Origin: Vermamoeba vermiformis | Lineage: Eukaryota | DNA length: 64,000 nucleotides | Direction of reading: 5' to 3' | Assembly (NCBI GenBank): GCA_045837725.1 | Contig: JBEWZL010000006.1 | Location: 62,001 to 126,000 of the forward strand | Part shown: positions 40,049 to 55,512 of the stretch, piece by piece | Layout of the letters: each line of letters begins with the position of its first letter | How positions within the stretch are numbered: position 1 is the first letter of the stretch | Program-made: the position numbers and the translations under genes | Notes under the pieces: model-generated | What the model was told of the DNA's origin: nothing | The model's database searches: none | The model's input: the letters and a program-made list of their open reading frames with translations, nothing else

Positions 40049-42089
40049 ATGGAACATAGTAGAGAAGGTTCGTACAACAGTCATTCCTCTTTAATTTTCA
40101 GAATTTGATTCTGGACATTGTTTTGCAGCTGAAATTATCATTATTTAATTTATTGCCACCAGCACCCACTAAAAATTGGACAACAGCCCAAGTTGTAAAT
40201 TGGGCTCAAAGATGCAATTTTACTGAGGCTGAAATCCAACTGATTCAAGAACACAGATTGAATGGAGTCAAACTTGCAGCCTTGCCAGATAGGCAGTTCA
40301 TCCAAGACTTAGGCTTTGCCAAGACAACATCCCACCTAATTTGGGCTGTCATTGATTCAATCAGTAAGCACAAAGTGCCACATTGCCACATAATTGTACT
40401 GATTATCAACTTTTCAGAGCAAAGTTCAGAAGGGTCAGAAATCATGCAGTTAAAAACACAAGTCACAGCATTGAAAGAACAAGTGGTTGCATTGACAGGA
40501 CAGTTAACAGTGCTCAAATTAAAGGACTCCTCACCTTCATCAGCTGCACAACTTGTTGCTGTCATTACCAAGGAGGATACTGCAGAATGCTTCAAAGGCT
40601 TACACAATGCAACTAACTATGATGAATTTCAACCAAATGAAGGCAATCTCATCCAGCAAATAATTGAGCACTTCTGCTCTGCCAAGTTGAAGCTGATTGA
40701 CACCCATGAAAGAGGTCTAATTTCAATGGAAAACAAACCTGGCATTTGTGTGGTTGTGAACAAACCAAAAAGTCAGCTATCTGCTCTTTCAGTTGTAGCT
40801 GTTATGGAATTGACAAAAGTGAACTTAACAGCTGCAAGAGGACATGTAGTCAAGGACCTGTTGGAATTAGCTGATTTGCAGCCAAATAGGGCAAGTTTTA
40901 TGGGAATCTTTGCAGACAAAGAACAAGTTGGATTTTTAAGACTTACCAAAACTGCAAATGCTGCAAATCCAATCACTTTTGTCCAATCTTCAATGATGCC
41001 CTGGTCTGAAGGTTTGCACTTTTACTTTACAACCTTGGCTAATCATACTTGTAGGATCAACTTGGTTGTGGAAGTTGTTGAATTCAGGTGCAGACCTTCT
41101 TGGTTTCATTCCTCCAGGGGCATTGAAAATAGACACTACCATCTTCACAACACAAAGGCACAAACATTCTGACAGCATGATTTGCAGACTTGAAGATCCA
41201 TTGGTTGATGGGACAAGTAAAGGTCATGCTGTCATAGCACCATGCTGGATTGAAGACTCAGCTCACATGTCTCCAGAAGTGGGAGTAATCAAGTACAACA
41301 AAACTGGAGATAAAGAAGAAATTGCCAGAGAAGTGCAAGCACTTGAGAGACTCCAAGATGCAAATGAATGGGTAGATATAAGTGCAAGTCATCCATTGTA
41401 AGTTGCTTGCTTTTGTTCAAAACTTGACTAATTCTAGATTACTTCCTGTTCCAATTCTTCTTGGACATGGTACCACACCAGTGGAAAACTATCCATACAT
41501 TGTAACCTTACCACTTGGAGCCCCACTCACTGAGATTCAAGACTTTGTGTCTTTTGCCAATGAGCTGAACTTAGCACTTGTGTATGCACACTCAAAGGGC
41601 CTGTATCATGGGGATGTTGCTCCAAAAAATGTGGTGATGCATTGCAACAAGCCAGTGTTGATTGACTGGGGCTATGCAATGACTATAGGAGAGGTGATTT
41701 TAGGCTTTACAGGTACATTGACCTTTGCATCAGTTGCTGTCACAAACCTTCATGGGAAAATCAAGGCCTACACCTATCAGGCACGTGATGACTTTGAGTC
41801 ACTGTTTTTCACACTGCTGTATCTTGCCTCAGGGAATTCTCTGCCTTGGACTAAGAATGACCTGCCTCCAGGTACTAGTTTGGCTTACATGAAAAAGTTG
41901 GCTGTTACCACAGAATGGAAGAACACTGCAAAAGCCATTGTGAACATGGACTTACTTACTTTGTTTGATACCATGCAAATCAAGCTGTTTGGTGATTTGT
42001 CAGCACCAGTGACAAGTTTGATTGATGGTGCAGAAGAAGAGATCAAGAGGCGCATGGATGATCCAAAATCAAGCTTGAAAGTTCTTTAA
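40049..42089 (+). CDS. SAM + coiled-coil + degenerate restriction-endonuclease-like domain + FunK1-type kinase (Crinkler/CR-effector-like)
   Basis: Introns 40068-40162, 40364-40417, 41012-41054 and 41398-41437 join all ORFs in frame. SAM (WTTAQVVNWAQ..IQEHRLNGVKL); DTH..KPGI..VVAVMELTK..GHVVKDL..LQPNRASFMG; kinase HGDVAPKNV, LIDWGYA, GTLTFAS, RDDFESLFFTL. Confidence 0.8.
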
Positions 42090-42170
42090 AAGGCTAACTA
42101 GTGAATCATTATAAGTATAAACATTTAGTAATAGTACAATGTATAGTATTTATCAATTAGTGTCCTTGTT

Positions 42171-44790
<2,620 letters not shown>

Positions 44791-44919
44791 GTTGCTGATT
44801 CAATAGCACTCGCTCAAATAATATAATACAGGTAAAATATACAAGTCCTTTTGTCGTCAATAAAGGCTCGGCGGTCCAATAATTGGGCTGGAGTTGCGTA
44901 AACTAATTTGAATAAAAGC

Positions 44920-44927
44920 GCGGGAAA
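44920..44927 (-). promoter_or_regulatory. Possible E2F site (TTTCCCGC) in the katanin/ASPDH divergent promoter
   Basis: Exact canonical octamer in a ~180-bp divergent intergenic gap. Confidence 0.3.
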
Positions 44928-44968
44928 AACTCGCTAACGGTTCCGCGGCTCATTTTTTGCAATCCAAA

Positions 44969-46095
44969 ATGAGCAAGAGAAAAGTTGGTATTGTTGGCTA
45001 TGGTAGCTTAGGTCAATTCTTGGCCCAGAAGATCATAGATGATCAAAAGATTAATGCAGAACTTGAGATCGCATTTATTTGGAACAGATCGGTAGACAAA
45101 ATCGCCAATGACTCAAAAATTGATAAAAAATTAATTTTGGAAGATTTATCACAATTCCCTTCGCGAGGAGCTGGTATGGTGATTATTGATACACCCCTCA
45201 CCGATCTAAAATTTGATCTCGATCATTTTAGACATCATTGTCGAAGTAGCTCACCCTGATATCACTGCTAAATACGGAGGTAATATTATATAATTTTGAA
45301 ATGATTTTCCTGCCTAAACTAACGTGACATGTTGCAGTTGAATTTTTGAAACACGCGGACTTTTATGTCGGATCTCCTACAGCCTTTGCTGACCCTGTTG
45401 TCGATAAATCTGTTCGCGAAGCTGCTACTAAATACGGTAAGCATGACTATTAATTACTGCAAAGCTTAGCTAAGACGTTCTGGATCAGGAATTTACGTTC
45501 CCGCTGGCGCGTTGTGGGGTGCTGAAGACATTAAGAAAATGGCTGATAGAGGCACTTTGAAGGGCTTAACAGTCACAATGAAGAAGCACCCCGACAGCTT
45601 GAAGGTCTTGGGGCCTTTGCAAGCTAAACTCGATGCTTACACACCTGACGCCGAGACCGTTTTGTTCGAAGGTAACACGTGCCCGAATTTTCACTTGCAA
45701 GGTCCTAAATTAACAATCATAATGCAATATAGGAAGCGTTAGAGACTTGTGCCCTCTTGCACCCAACAACGTCAACACCATGGCATGTGCTTCATTGGCT
45801 GGACATAACTTGGGCTTCGATGGCACCAAGGCAAGATTGGTCGCGGATCCAAGATTGAACTCCCACGTCATCGGTAAGATACCACTTTTAATGCCTAAAA
45901 ATACTAACAATGTTATGCACTTTAGTTATTGAAGTCGTTGGTCCCTCCGTTGATGGTTTGGGCAACTTCACCGTCAAGACCGAACGTGTCAATCCTGCTG
46001 CTCCTGGCGCAGTCACTGGCACTCAAACTTACGTTTCATTTTTGAGCAGTTTGTTGAAGGCTCACGGCAGAGGACGCGGTCTTCATTTTTGTTAA
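44969..46095 (+). CDS. ASPDH: Aspartate dehydrogenase domain-containing protein
   Basis: RKVGIVGYGSLG, IIVEVAHP, VGSPTAFAD, GALWGAEDIKKM, VTMKKHPDS, LCPLAPNNVNTMA, NPAAPGAVTG. Confidence 0.92.
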
Positions 46096-46147
46096 TAAAT
46101 TTTTCAATCTTTACGGGTAATTATGTACAAGCGGTTTTATTGTATTT

Positions 46148-48162
46148 TTACTGCGGTTCTACTATCGCATCAAAACTAAACGTTATATTGGTGTAATCGA
46201 AGTTATCGTCTACGAGTGAATCGGGCGATACTGAGGTAAAGGCATTAGGACTTTCATTACTTTCTTCGGATGCGGAACTTGGCACAGCTTCCAATCCCAC
46301 AGCTGGTAATTCAACGATTGAAGGATGGGCAACTTGGTGATTCGGCGACAATACTAGGTCACCATTAGGGTAAAAGTTCAAGCCTCGTGATACTGAGGCG
46401 TAAGGAATAACAGTTTCATCGACCATTTGCATAATTTTGTCTGCGGTCATAATTCTACTTCCATCGGGTGCAAAAAGCTAAAATAAACAATTATTAGTAT
46501 TAAAGTCTCGAGAAGAGTAGCTTTTGACACACTTACTGAAGATAGACCGCGCATGGCCTTTCGGAAAGTGATGCGAGGCAGCGAGTAGTAACGCATCAGT
46601 GTCTCTTTGAAAGCAAGTTCGTGCTCGCGCATGTTGTTCAGTCGGAAGTAGATCTCGGCCTTAGCCATACTGAACCACACAGAGAAGAACGACTTCGTCT
46701 CGTGCGTCAATCTGTCCGTGCCAAGCATGAGCTCTGCAACATTAATCCTGCCTTGAAGCTCGTACAGCATTTCCGTTGAAAGTGCTCCAGGGACTAGTAC
46801 TCGTAGTGCTGAATAAATGACAGAGAATTCTTTCATTACTTGGTTCAACGGCTCTTTCTGTAATAGCAAAACCGTTAGTAAAAACTTGACACGTGTCACA
46901 AAGTGTCATAATAGGTCACTTACCGCTGTTACAGCACTCATCTTAGTCATCCAATAATCGCGTTCTGATGGTGAAGATGACTTCGACAGCAAGAAGGACA
47001 AGGCGCTAATAAAAATTAGCAATTATTCTCGTTCATGAACGAATCAAGTTAACGTACTTTGCCAGTAGCTCTGGATCGTCAATATACGATTCAAATTGTT
47101 GGACCAGTTGAATCAAGTACGGAGATAGTTGTTTGACGGCGTCGCCAGTACCAGTGTATTTGAGGTAATTCGATAAACTCATCAATTCGTGGACCAATTG
47201 TTTGGCGTATCTCGGAATAAAATGAACTTCTCTTTGATGGAATAAAATATTGAAGGCAGCGTTAATGACGAGCAGTAAATGATTCGCCACGTCCAAGTAC
47301 GTAATTTCTTCGTCGATAGCCCGAATGCCTATGCAATTAAAGTAAATCAGTATTTTTCTACGGAGATCCCGCATAAAATAAATTTTAAAAATAAATCGAT
47401 TAATTAATAGACCGACGTACCGTGTGCATATACTAATGAGGATTGGAAGAATTGCATGACAATGCCACTGCTTTCTTGCTTTAAAAATTCGTTGATCTTC
47501 AAGGGCGTATTGTACATGATGACTCTCCATATCAATTGATTAACTGAATCAGCTGCGTCTATATTTAAATTGTATGTAGGAATAACGCCGCAGTTGAAGC
47601 AAGTAATGAATGCTTGGCCTAATCGATAAACAATATTTTCATCGCGGATGAAGCTCCAACTGATGTCTGAAAATTGATCCATCATCGGTGATTGGTCAGC
47701 ATTGAGACATAGACCAGTATTATTTGGATTTAATAGCAAAGTTCGTAAATAACTCGCTGGATCTAGGCTGGACAGCGATAATGATTTTGGTGTCGGATCT
47801 TCTTGTTTTTGTAAAAGGTCGAAATATTGTTTCTTCCAATGTTCTTCTAGTCTTTTTTGTATTTCTAGTTCCACTTTCAACTTTGACACGTCTTCTCCGC
47901 CCCTGCGTTCACTGATCAGATTTACTTCGGATTCATCATCGTGGTCTGCAGCAGCTGTAATAGTCTCTCGTCTCTTTTTCTTAGGCTTAGGTCCACGTTT
48001 ATGTTGCTCGCTAGTAAAATTACAAGGGAATCCTCGTCGTTGACATTGGATGCAGGGCATCACGCCTTCGCAGCGGATCTTGCGCTTCTTGCAAAAATCG
48101 CAGGCCTTAGCAGCGAAGGGCATCACTTTGCGTACTTCTGAAGTCGAGCTTTCGTCACTCAT
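46148..48162 (-). CDS. Zn(II)2Cys6 (GAL4-type) transcription factor
   Basis: ACDFCKKRKIRCEGVMPCIQCQRRGFPC followed by KRGPKPKKKRR and a coiled coil; multi-exon. Confidence 0.9.
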
Positions 48163-48932
48163 CGCTGTTTTAAAGTATTGTCAGAATTTTTTAAAATTTG
48201 AAAAACTCTCGACAAGAAAATATCTTATTATTATTAGTATTTATCTGTTAATTATCGCGTAATTAATGGATTTATTCGCAAGGTCATGAAAATTTAATTA
48301 ATTTAAAGCGGATCTCTTTTCCCGTTCAATTTGGATCAATAAATAACGTTCGGAAGTAATACTAAATTATTTAATTACTAATTATTATAATTAACTCACC
48401 TTTTATTCGAATCTTGTTGTGATCTGATGGTTTATAATGTCTGAAAAGGAAATGTGTGGACGTTCGAGAGTCTCTGAGAACCGGAGAAACGGAGAAATTG
48501 AAATCCATCAGATCGGACTCCCACATAACGCTGTCTATACGATGGTGCTAATTATTCGATCATAGAACTCCATTGAAAAAGAAGCGAGCTAGGATCAGTG
48601 GGAAATCCACGAGCACGAACACTTTTCATTGTCAATAAGGGCTACTGGAGGTTAATTATGCAATAAAAATTCAAAAATAATCCATGGTAAAATATTTTAG
48701 CCCTCAGAACGGAAAAGTTGCTGTACCCACGTAATCTATTTCAACAAACGGTCTGCACACTCCCCGTGCGACCTCTGGACTAGTCTATATTACTTCCTGT
48801 TTAAACCATATTTAGTAGCGAGTGTTAAGTTAGGCTTTTGTGGTGATTTATTCAATCGTATCGAATAAAATCTTTTTTTTATCGCTTCAAGTACGAAACA
48901 ACAGCTCGATCCAATTAATAACAAATAACAAT

Positions 48933-49939
48933 ATGGCTTTAGCTAAGATGCACGATGACGTTCGAGAAGATCTCACTGAGAGCTTCAATATGTTTGCCAA
49001 GAAGGATGGCCAGATCACTGATATTGTCAGTTATGCCAAGCTAATGCGCCAAATCGGTCAAAATCCCACTCCTGCTGAATTAGTTGATCAATTCAGAGGT
49101 CCATTGACATTGAATGCATTTTTGGAACGGATGGCCAATACAATGGTAACAGAATCTGCTTTATTTGAATACCCAATAACGCCAAACTATTTCAATTAAT
49201 TATACTGTGATCGTATAAAGCGGTTTTTACGCTTAAAGGCAAACAGAATCATTATTCAAATTATGCTGGATGCCAACCCAAAAAATCTTCATAAAATATC
49301 GGTTAAAGATTTTCTAAGTATATAACAAGCGTAATAATAATTCCATAATAATTGTAGTACTCGTATTTTCAAGTTTATAATAATTCTTTGACCTTAATAT
49401 CGTTATTTTACTGATGCCGATCTTTGTAAATTTCAGGTGAAAGAAGACACCAAAGAGGATGTTGTTGAAGGTAATATTAATCATTCATATATCACTATTT
49501 ATGCAAATTCGCATTTTACCTGCTCGTCAAATTTCTTACTGGCGACATCAAGCCAGATCTCAATTTTTGACATTCTTATTGCAGCGATCGCTTTATAACC
49601 AATTTATTATATATGGCTAGTATATGCATCTACTAATATTGTTTTTAAACAGCTTTCAAGGTCTACGACAGGCAAGTTTCGGAAACAAATCCATGCAACA
49701 ATAGGCCTACGCTTTATTGGCGACCAAATAATTATTATATATATGATAGATCATAATATTAACGATATTATTCGCTTAGTGCTGGTAACGGAACGATTCA
49801 AATGACAGATCTTCGATTTTTGTTGAAGAACCAAGGAGATAAATTGGACAGCGATCAAGTCGAAGAAATTATGAACAGATTGCCTTCGCGTAACGGTGTT
49901 TTGCATTATAGAGACGTCGTCAACCAATTCTCAAATTAA
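48933..49939 (+). CDS. Myosin light chain / calmodulin-like EF-hand protein
   Basis: LMRQIGQNPTPAEL; AFKVYDSAGNGTIQMTDLRFLLKNQGDKL assembled through a 34-nt exon, a 19-nt exon (49653-49671) and a GC-AG intron (49672-49779). Confidence 0.88.
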
Positions 49940-50295
49940 GGAAGTTTTTGTTCGAACGAGATCCAAGATCGAACTTCAGTATTGCTTGTCTGTCGTGGCG
50001 TAGCAGTACAACTTATTTAATTATAATATTATAACCCTTGTACTAATTAATAAACATATTTCAAATCGAGATCCTGCAATACAATTCACTGAAGGAAAGA
50101 TCTACCTTAATTTTGCTTATTCGTCGCTCTCATCCGCCTATTAGTGCTTTATATATAATAACTACTATATAAAAGCGATAAGTCATTCGAATTTGAACTT
50201 TTTTGGTCGTACTAGCCGTTGCAAAAAAAATGAAAAAATCATTGCCGCATTATTTTCGAGTTATTTTTATTATAATCGAGCGAATATACAACATA

Positions 50296-51782
50296 ATGTC
50301 GCAAGATAAGAAAGGAAAGACTAAAGTCGTTGAAGAACACCACTCCGCTGAAGAATCTGATCAAACTTCGGCGAACGAAGAGGAACACGATAACAACTTT
50401 GATAAGACCGAAGATAAGGACGGTATTCCTAAGAGTGCACGCAGCGCTTTTGCATTTTATCAACGCGATGCTAAAGCCAAGATCTTGAAAGAAAATAAAA
50501 ACCTCTCCGGTCCTGAAGTCCAAGCGTTAATTAAAGCCAATTGGGCCGCATTAAAACCTTCCGATAAAGAGGTAAATAATATTAACGGTTTTAATGAAAT
50601 TAATTTAGCGATAATATTATTTTTTCCCCGATCGCTTGCATCCAGAATTTCTTATTTCTGAACTTTTCATAATAGCGATAGTCATCTTTGCACTCATAAA
50701 TAATTTTAATAATATTTATTCGCAAATTAATCGATTTATTTTTCATCGATCGCGACGACAGATCTTTCGTAGATATTTATTATTTCCGTATAAAGCACCG
50801 ATACTAATTATTTGCATATTTAGTTTTACGAAAAGCTTCACGCCACCGATACTATTCGATATTTGAAGGCTATGGCTCAATTAAAGAATAATCACCCAGA
50901 GTTATTCGAGAGCAAAAAAGAAGCTGCTAAAAGCTCGCCTAAGAAACCTCCAGCAGTCAGTGCCTATTCTCTTTTTACTAAGGATTGGAACAAGAAGGTG
51001 CGTAGCAAATAATTAAGCGCGTCTTTAATTGATTTCTTAATTTTATCAAATCAGATGGCAAACCAGTCAGAAAAATTGCCCTTCAATGAAGCCTCAAAGG
51101 CTTGCTCTATTGCTTGGCGCGATTTACCTGAATCTAAGAAAGAGGTATGTATATTATTAGCTCTATCTAAGCCATGCAAACAGAGCTTACGGAGCCCGCG
51201 CAAAAGATCCGGGATCCGCAATGCTCAGCAACTGTTATTTTTTGCAAAATACCATCAAAATGTCTTATAGTCTAACCTGTTATTAGCCCTATATCAAGGC
51301 CGCCGCTGCTGAAAACGAGCGACGCAAGACTATGACGCCTGAAGAGATCGAAAAGGAGAGGAAAGCTGCCGTTGCTAGCAAAAGCAAGAAGCGAAAGGCT
51401 GAGGGCTCTGTTGATGGTACGTTATAATAATAATATAAGAGGTATCAAACGAACCCAACTGCTGCTTAGATTTTTGTGGATCTCAACTCGAGATCTTTCT
51501 TGAGCCTCAAACATTAATTTAACTTATACGCTATATATATTATCAATATTATTAACTTATTAACGCGATTTAACTACAGAAGAGCCTGCTGCTAAGAAAG
51601 CTAAGACCAGCGACAAAAAGGACGAGAAGAAGGCCGACAAAGACAAGCAAAAAGAGAAAGAAAAACAAAAGGAGAAGGAAAAAGAGAAAGAAAAGGAAAA
51701 GAAACGAAAAGAAGAGCAAAAGAAGAAAGAACAACAAAAGAAAAAACAAAGTTCGTCATCTGAAGAGTCGGATTCTGACTAA
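50296..51782 (+). CDS. Double HMG-box protein with acidic N-terminus and K/E-rich tail
   Basis: PKSARSAFAFYQRD...NWAALKPSDKE and PKKPPAVSAYSLFTKD...AWRDLPESKKEPY. Confidence 0.85.
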
Positions 51783-52082
51783 GAAGTGTATTAAAAGTAT
51801 TAATAGTAGCCTGACTTGCACCGCTGTATAGCAAGTCAGTCATTGTAGTTGTGCTCAAACATCGCAGTTAGTAAATAATAACAAATTCATTTCAACTTTC
51901 GACAACATAAAAAATCGTTTGGATCTGAAATCCGCGTGCGGCTTGTCTATACGTCGAAGCTCTATGTAATTGTAGTACTAAATAAGGCTAAAAACAGTAT
52001 TAAACAGATTTTCTCCGTTCACTGAAATTCGCGTTGATTTTCTGATTTTTGGAAGCGCGCAGTATCAGTTATATTTTTACTT

Positions 52083-54449
52083 ATGAACAAGATATTTGAA
52101 GCACTAAGACAATTTATGGAGAAGGATCAAGCCAGCGCCGAAACAAGACGAAAGCTGTTATCGGAAGATCCATCCGAACAAAGCGAAGGCCTTATTAGCC
52201 TTTATATTGAGGCCCAATCCAGTAAGAATATTTTTATATAATTATTTAATTAATAGTATGGCATTATAGATGAAGATTCAAGTTCAGAAGATGGAATAGA
52301 GATTGATCGAGATATTATCAAAAAATTAATTCAAATTGCGGCCTCTGATAAGATCAAAGAGATTAATATGGCATTCACGATCTTGGCAAATGCCGCAATG
52401 ACGGGTAAATATTAATTTAAATTCCTCTGCAAATGTAAAATTCATTTTCGAGATGCGTTTAAATTGGGCAGCTTTTTAAAATTAGCAATACTACGGCTAT
52501 ATAATAAATTTAATAATAAATATTTCAAAAATTACAAGATTACGAATTTCTGTGCTTTCATAAAGGCGCGTTTAAATTTTTTTCGATTATTCACAATTTC
52601 AGACTTTGGAGTTGATCCATATATTTAATTTTATATAGATGCGACAATACCAGTGCTTCTCGAAGAAAAAGTGTTGGATCCAATGGTCAATTTCCTCTCA
52701 ACGATCGATCCGAAAGAAGTACCAAAGAAACCTGCCAAATTATCCGAAGCCGATGCTAATCACCAAAAAAGCGCTTTACTCGCTTGTTTAGATGCCGTTA
52801 ATAGATTACTTGAAGATGGTAAGTTAAATTTATTTTCCTTACAACCGAATCCAAAAGTTCAATTTCGTGCACCGGTCAATCAAGCGCTTAAAAACTCTTT
52901 TTATTTCCGAAAATGGTCATATCACGTGATAATTAGGCCATATGTCCTTTTGTAACCAAAAGTTACTCATCTAAACGGTTTTTTTTATAGCTGGTGCAGT
53001 GGTCACTTTCGGCAACCTTGGTGGTGTTAGACCTCTATATAGAATGTTGTATTATAGAGCCCCGTGTATGGAACGACAAGTAGCAGTTGAAATTTTGGAT
53101 AAAGTCGCTGAGAACGGTACGTAACAAAAATTATCGTGCGCTAAAGTGACCGGATCTAATTTTTGATTTTTTTGCAGCCCTTATTCGCGACATAGTTATT
53201 CCGCAGTTCAAAGAAGAATTACCTGGAAAATTCAACGAAATTCAAGAACGAATATTAGTGAGCCCGTACACGAAGAGTGAAGCCGACTCGTTCCGTGAGA
53301 TGTTGCGACACTTGGATCTATTGACAGGTATGACTAACTATAACAACAATATGATATACTTAATATAGACCCCGGCTTGTTACTAATTATGTTATATTAG
53401 ATTTGTACAAACCTGGTGTTGCGTTCTACGAGTTGGATGAATTCCCATGGACAAAAATGCTCGAAGAAAATTACGAAGTAAGTTATCGATAAATTCAAAT
53501 TTTAACGTTAAAATCTCCATCAATATGATCTAATCGATTATTATAGACTATTAAACAAGAGTTCTTAACGTTACAACAACACAATTTGGTCGCGTGGCCC
53601 GAGAAGTATTTGTGCAAGAAGGGCTGGGACGTGTTGGGTTTGTACGCGTTCAACAACAAATTCGACGACAATTGCAAGCTGTGTCCGAAGACCACTGAAA
53701 TAATCGAGAAGATTCCTGGCTTGACAACTGCGCTCTTCTCGTGTTTGCAGCCTCGTACTCACATCAAGCCTCACGTAAGTCAAACACCTCTAAAAGCACC
53801 AAACATCAACCCAATCGTTACAACGAAACATCCCTAAGCTGCAAATGTTGATTCTATTTTGCATGACACTTTTTTGTGCAAAAATGAGATTGACACTTTT
53901 GACAGATCGGTTACTACTCGTATTCCGAGAAGATTCTTCGCTGCCATATGGGTGTATTAGTCCCGCCTGGCTGTGCATTGAAAGTGAACGGAGAGGTACG
54001 TCGAATAGATCTACTCGTTGCTAGTGAGACTTCAAGTTGACACGTGTCATAGGTACAACAATGGCAGGTCGGCAAATGCATGGTATTCGATGACACTTTC
54101 AGACATGAAGCCTGGTAAGATAAGTCGCTAGCCTTAGTATCGCAAGCTAAAATTTCCTTTTTAGGAATAAATCTGACGAAATGCGTGTCGTGTTGATGTT
54201 GGACTTTGCGTACACGGGCGACCAATCAAAGAGAAACCAAGAGTTCTTGAAGTATGTTATATTATTATAGGTCCCTAGTATAATACAACCATACTCAACC
54301 GATGTTATTATAGGACCGCTAAGCTGATGGAAATGATGAACAAGAACAACCCTGACGAGGATGAAGATGCGTTGATTAGCGGTGATTTGGTCCGAGCATT
54401 GAAGATGTTTGGTGCTTCAGAGAACATTAAGCAGCAAGAAATGAAGTAA
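52083..54449 (+). CDS. Aspartyl/asparaginyl beta-hydroxylase-family 2OG-Fe(II) dioxygenase with N-terminal ARM-like helical region
   Basis: GWDVLGLYAF, CPKTTEIIEKIPGLTTALFSCLQPRTHIKPH, LRCHMGVLVP, GKCMVFDDTFRHEAWN..RVVLMLD. Confidence 0.85.
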
Positions 54450-54721
54450 AAGGGTAGGATTTTTTCATGAGTATTAATGACACGTGTCACTTTGGTGGAT
54501 GTCGTACTGTTCGTTCATTTTAAATGACTTTAATGGGTGAAAAGTACTAATATGACACCCATTACATTATACGTTGAGAACGCGATCCGTTCGATGGTTC
54601 CTTAGTTTGCACTGGGGCATCATATTCTATTTTTTGGATCTCAGCTAACTTATTTATTTAATTGCCAAAGTTCTGTACATGCATTATAATTACGCTTCAA
54701 TAAGTTTCAAGCATTGATTAT

Positions 54722-55512
54722 CTAATCAAATTTTGGTGGGTTTGCGAGAAGGCGTTCCGTTCCAATGTTAGGCAATACTCGGCCCACAAGTGCTGAAAGG
54801 ACGTTCGTAACAGGTCCACTTTGATCCACTATTGCTGGTTGTCCAGGTAGTTGAATGCCTGCAGTCACGTGTACGTGTGCGTAAGGGATGCCTTTGGATT
54901 CGGCAAACTTTTGGACTTCTTTATTTGTGTTCTTATCAATTGATACTATAGACATAGGGCAGGTTTGAAGTGTCTTCTGTTCAAACCTGAGCAAGATTAT
55001 AAGGTCAATTCTCGGATGTGGCAGAAAATGGATTTGGAACATAATTTGTTATAATTGCTTTAATACTTACGTTAATATGTTTGCAATTAAGGCTTCAAGT
55101 TTCTCTTTCGTATAATGCGTAGAATCGACTAATAAGACGTAACCGTCGCAGTTTGTAGTGTAAGCGAAAACTCCGTGCTGCTCTTGATGGCTAATCGTGT
55201 GCATTTCAAAATCAATTTCTTGATTATTAGCTCTGACATGGCCTCTATATATCCACGTTATTGTATGAGCTTACTCCAGAAAAATGAGCTCGATCTGATT
55301 TATTTAAAAATAATGACGAAATTTTTACTTACGGCCAAATCGCCGGTCCGACGCCACGAGCAAAGATTACTCTTTTCGCGTGTCTATCTGACGTGCCGCG
55401 AGCAGCGAAAGACTTTTCATATCCATCTGGCGTCAAAAACTTAGAACAGATCTTTTCGGAACGTTTTCCAGATCTACTTGCCTGTTAAACCAGTGATGCC
55501 GATCTTGATCAT
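54722..55512 (-). CDS. Ras-superfamily-like protein with degenerate G motifs, paralog A
   Basis: 4 exons: MIKIGITGLTDGYEKS...NNQEIDFEMHTI...CDGYVLLVD...CPMSIVSID...EVQKFAESKGIPYAHV; first intron is GC-AG. Confidence 0.65.

Noticed and set aside
41012-41437. Apparent frameshifts suggesting the CR-like kinase is a pseudogene
   Set aside because: 43-nt and 40-nt GT-AG introns with CTAAT branch points restore the frame
39870-42104. ACTAGTG direct repeat flanking the CR-like kinase as a target-site duplication
   Set aside because: Only 7 bp, no adjoining TIR, LTR or poly(A); compatible with chance
51600-51760. Purine-rich repeat-like tract
   Set aside because: Encodes the K/E-rich tail of the HMG-box protein
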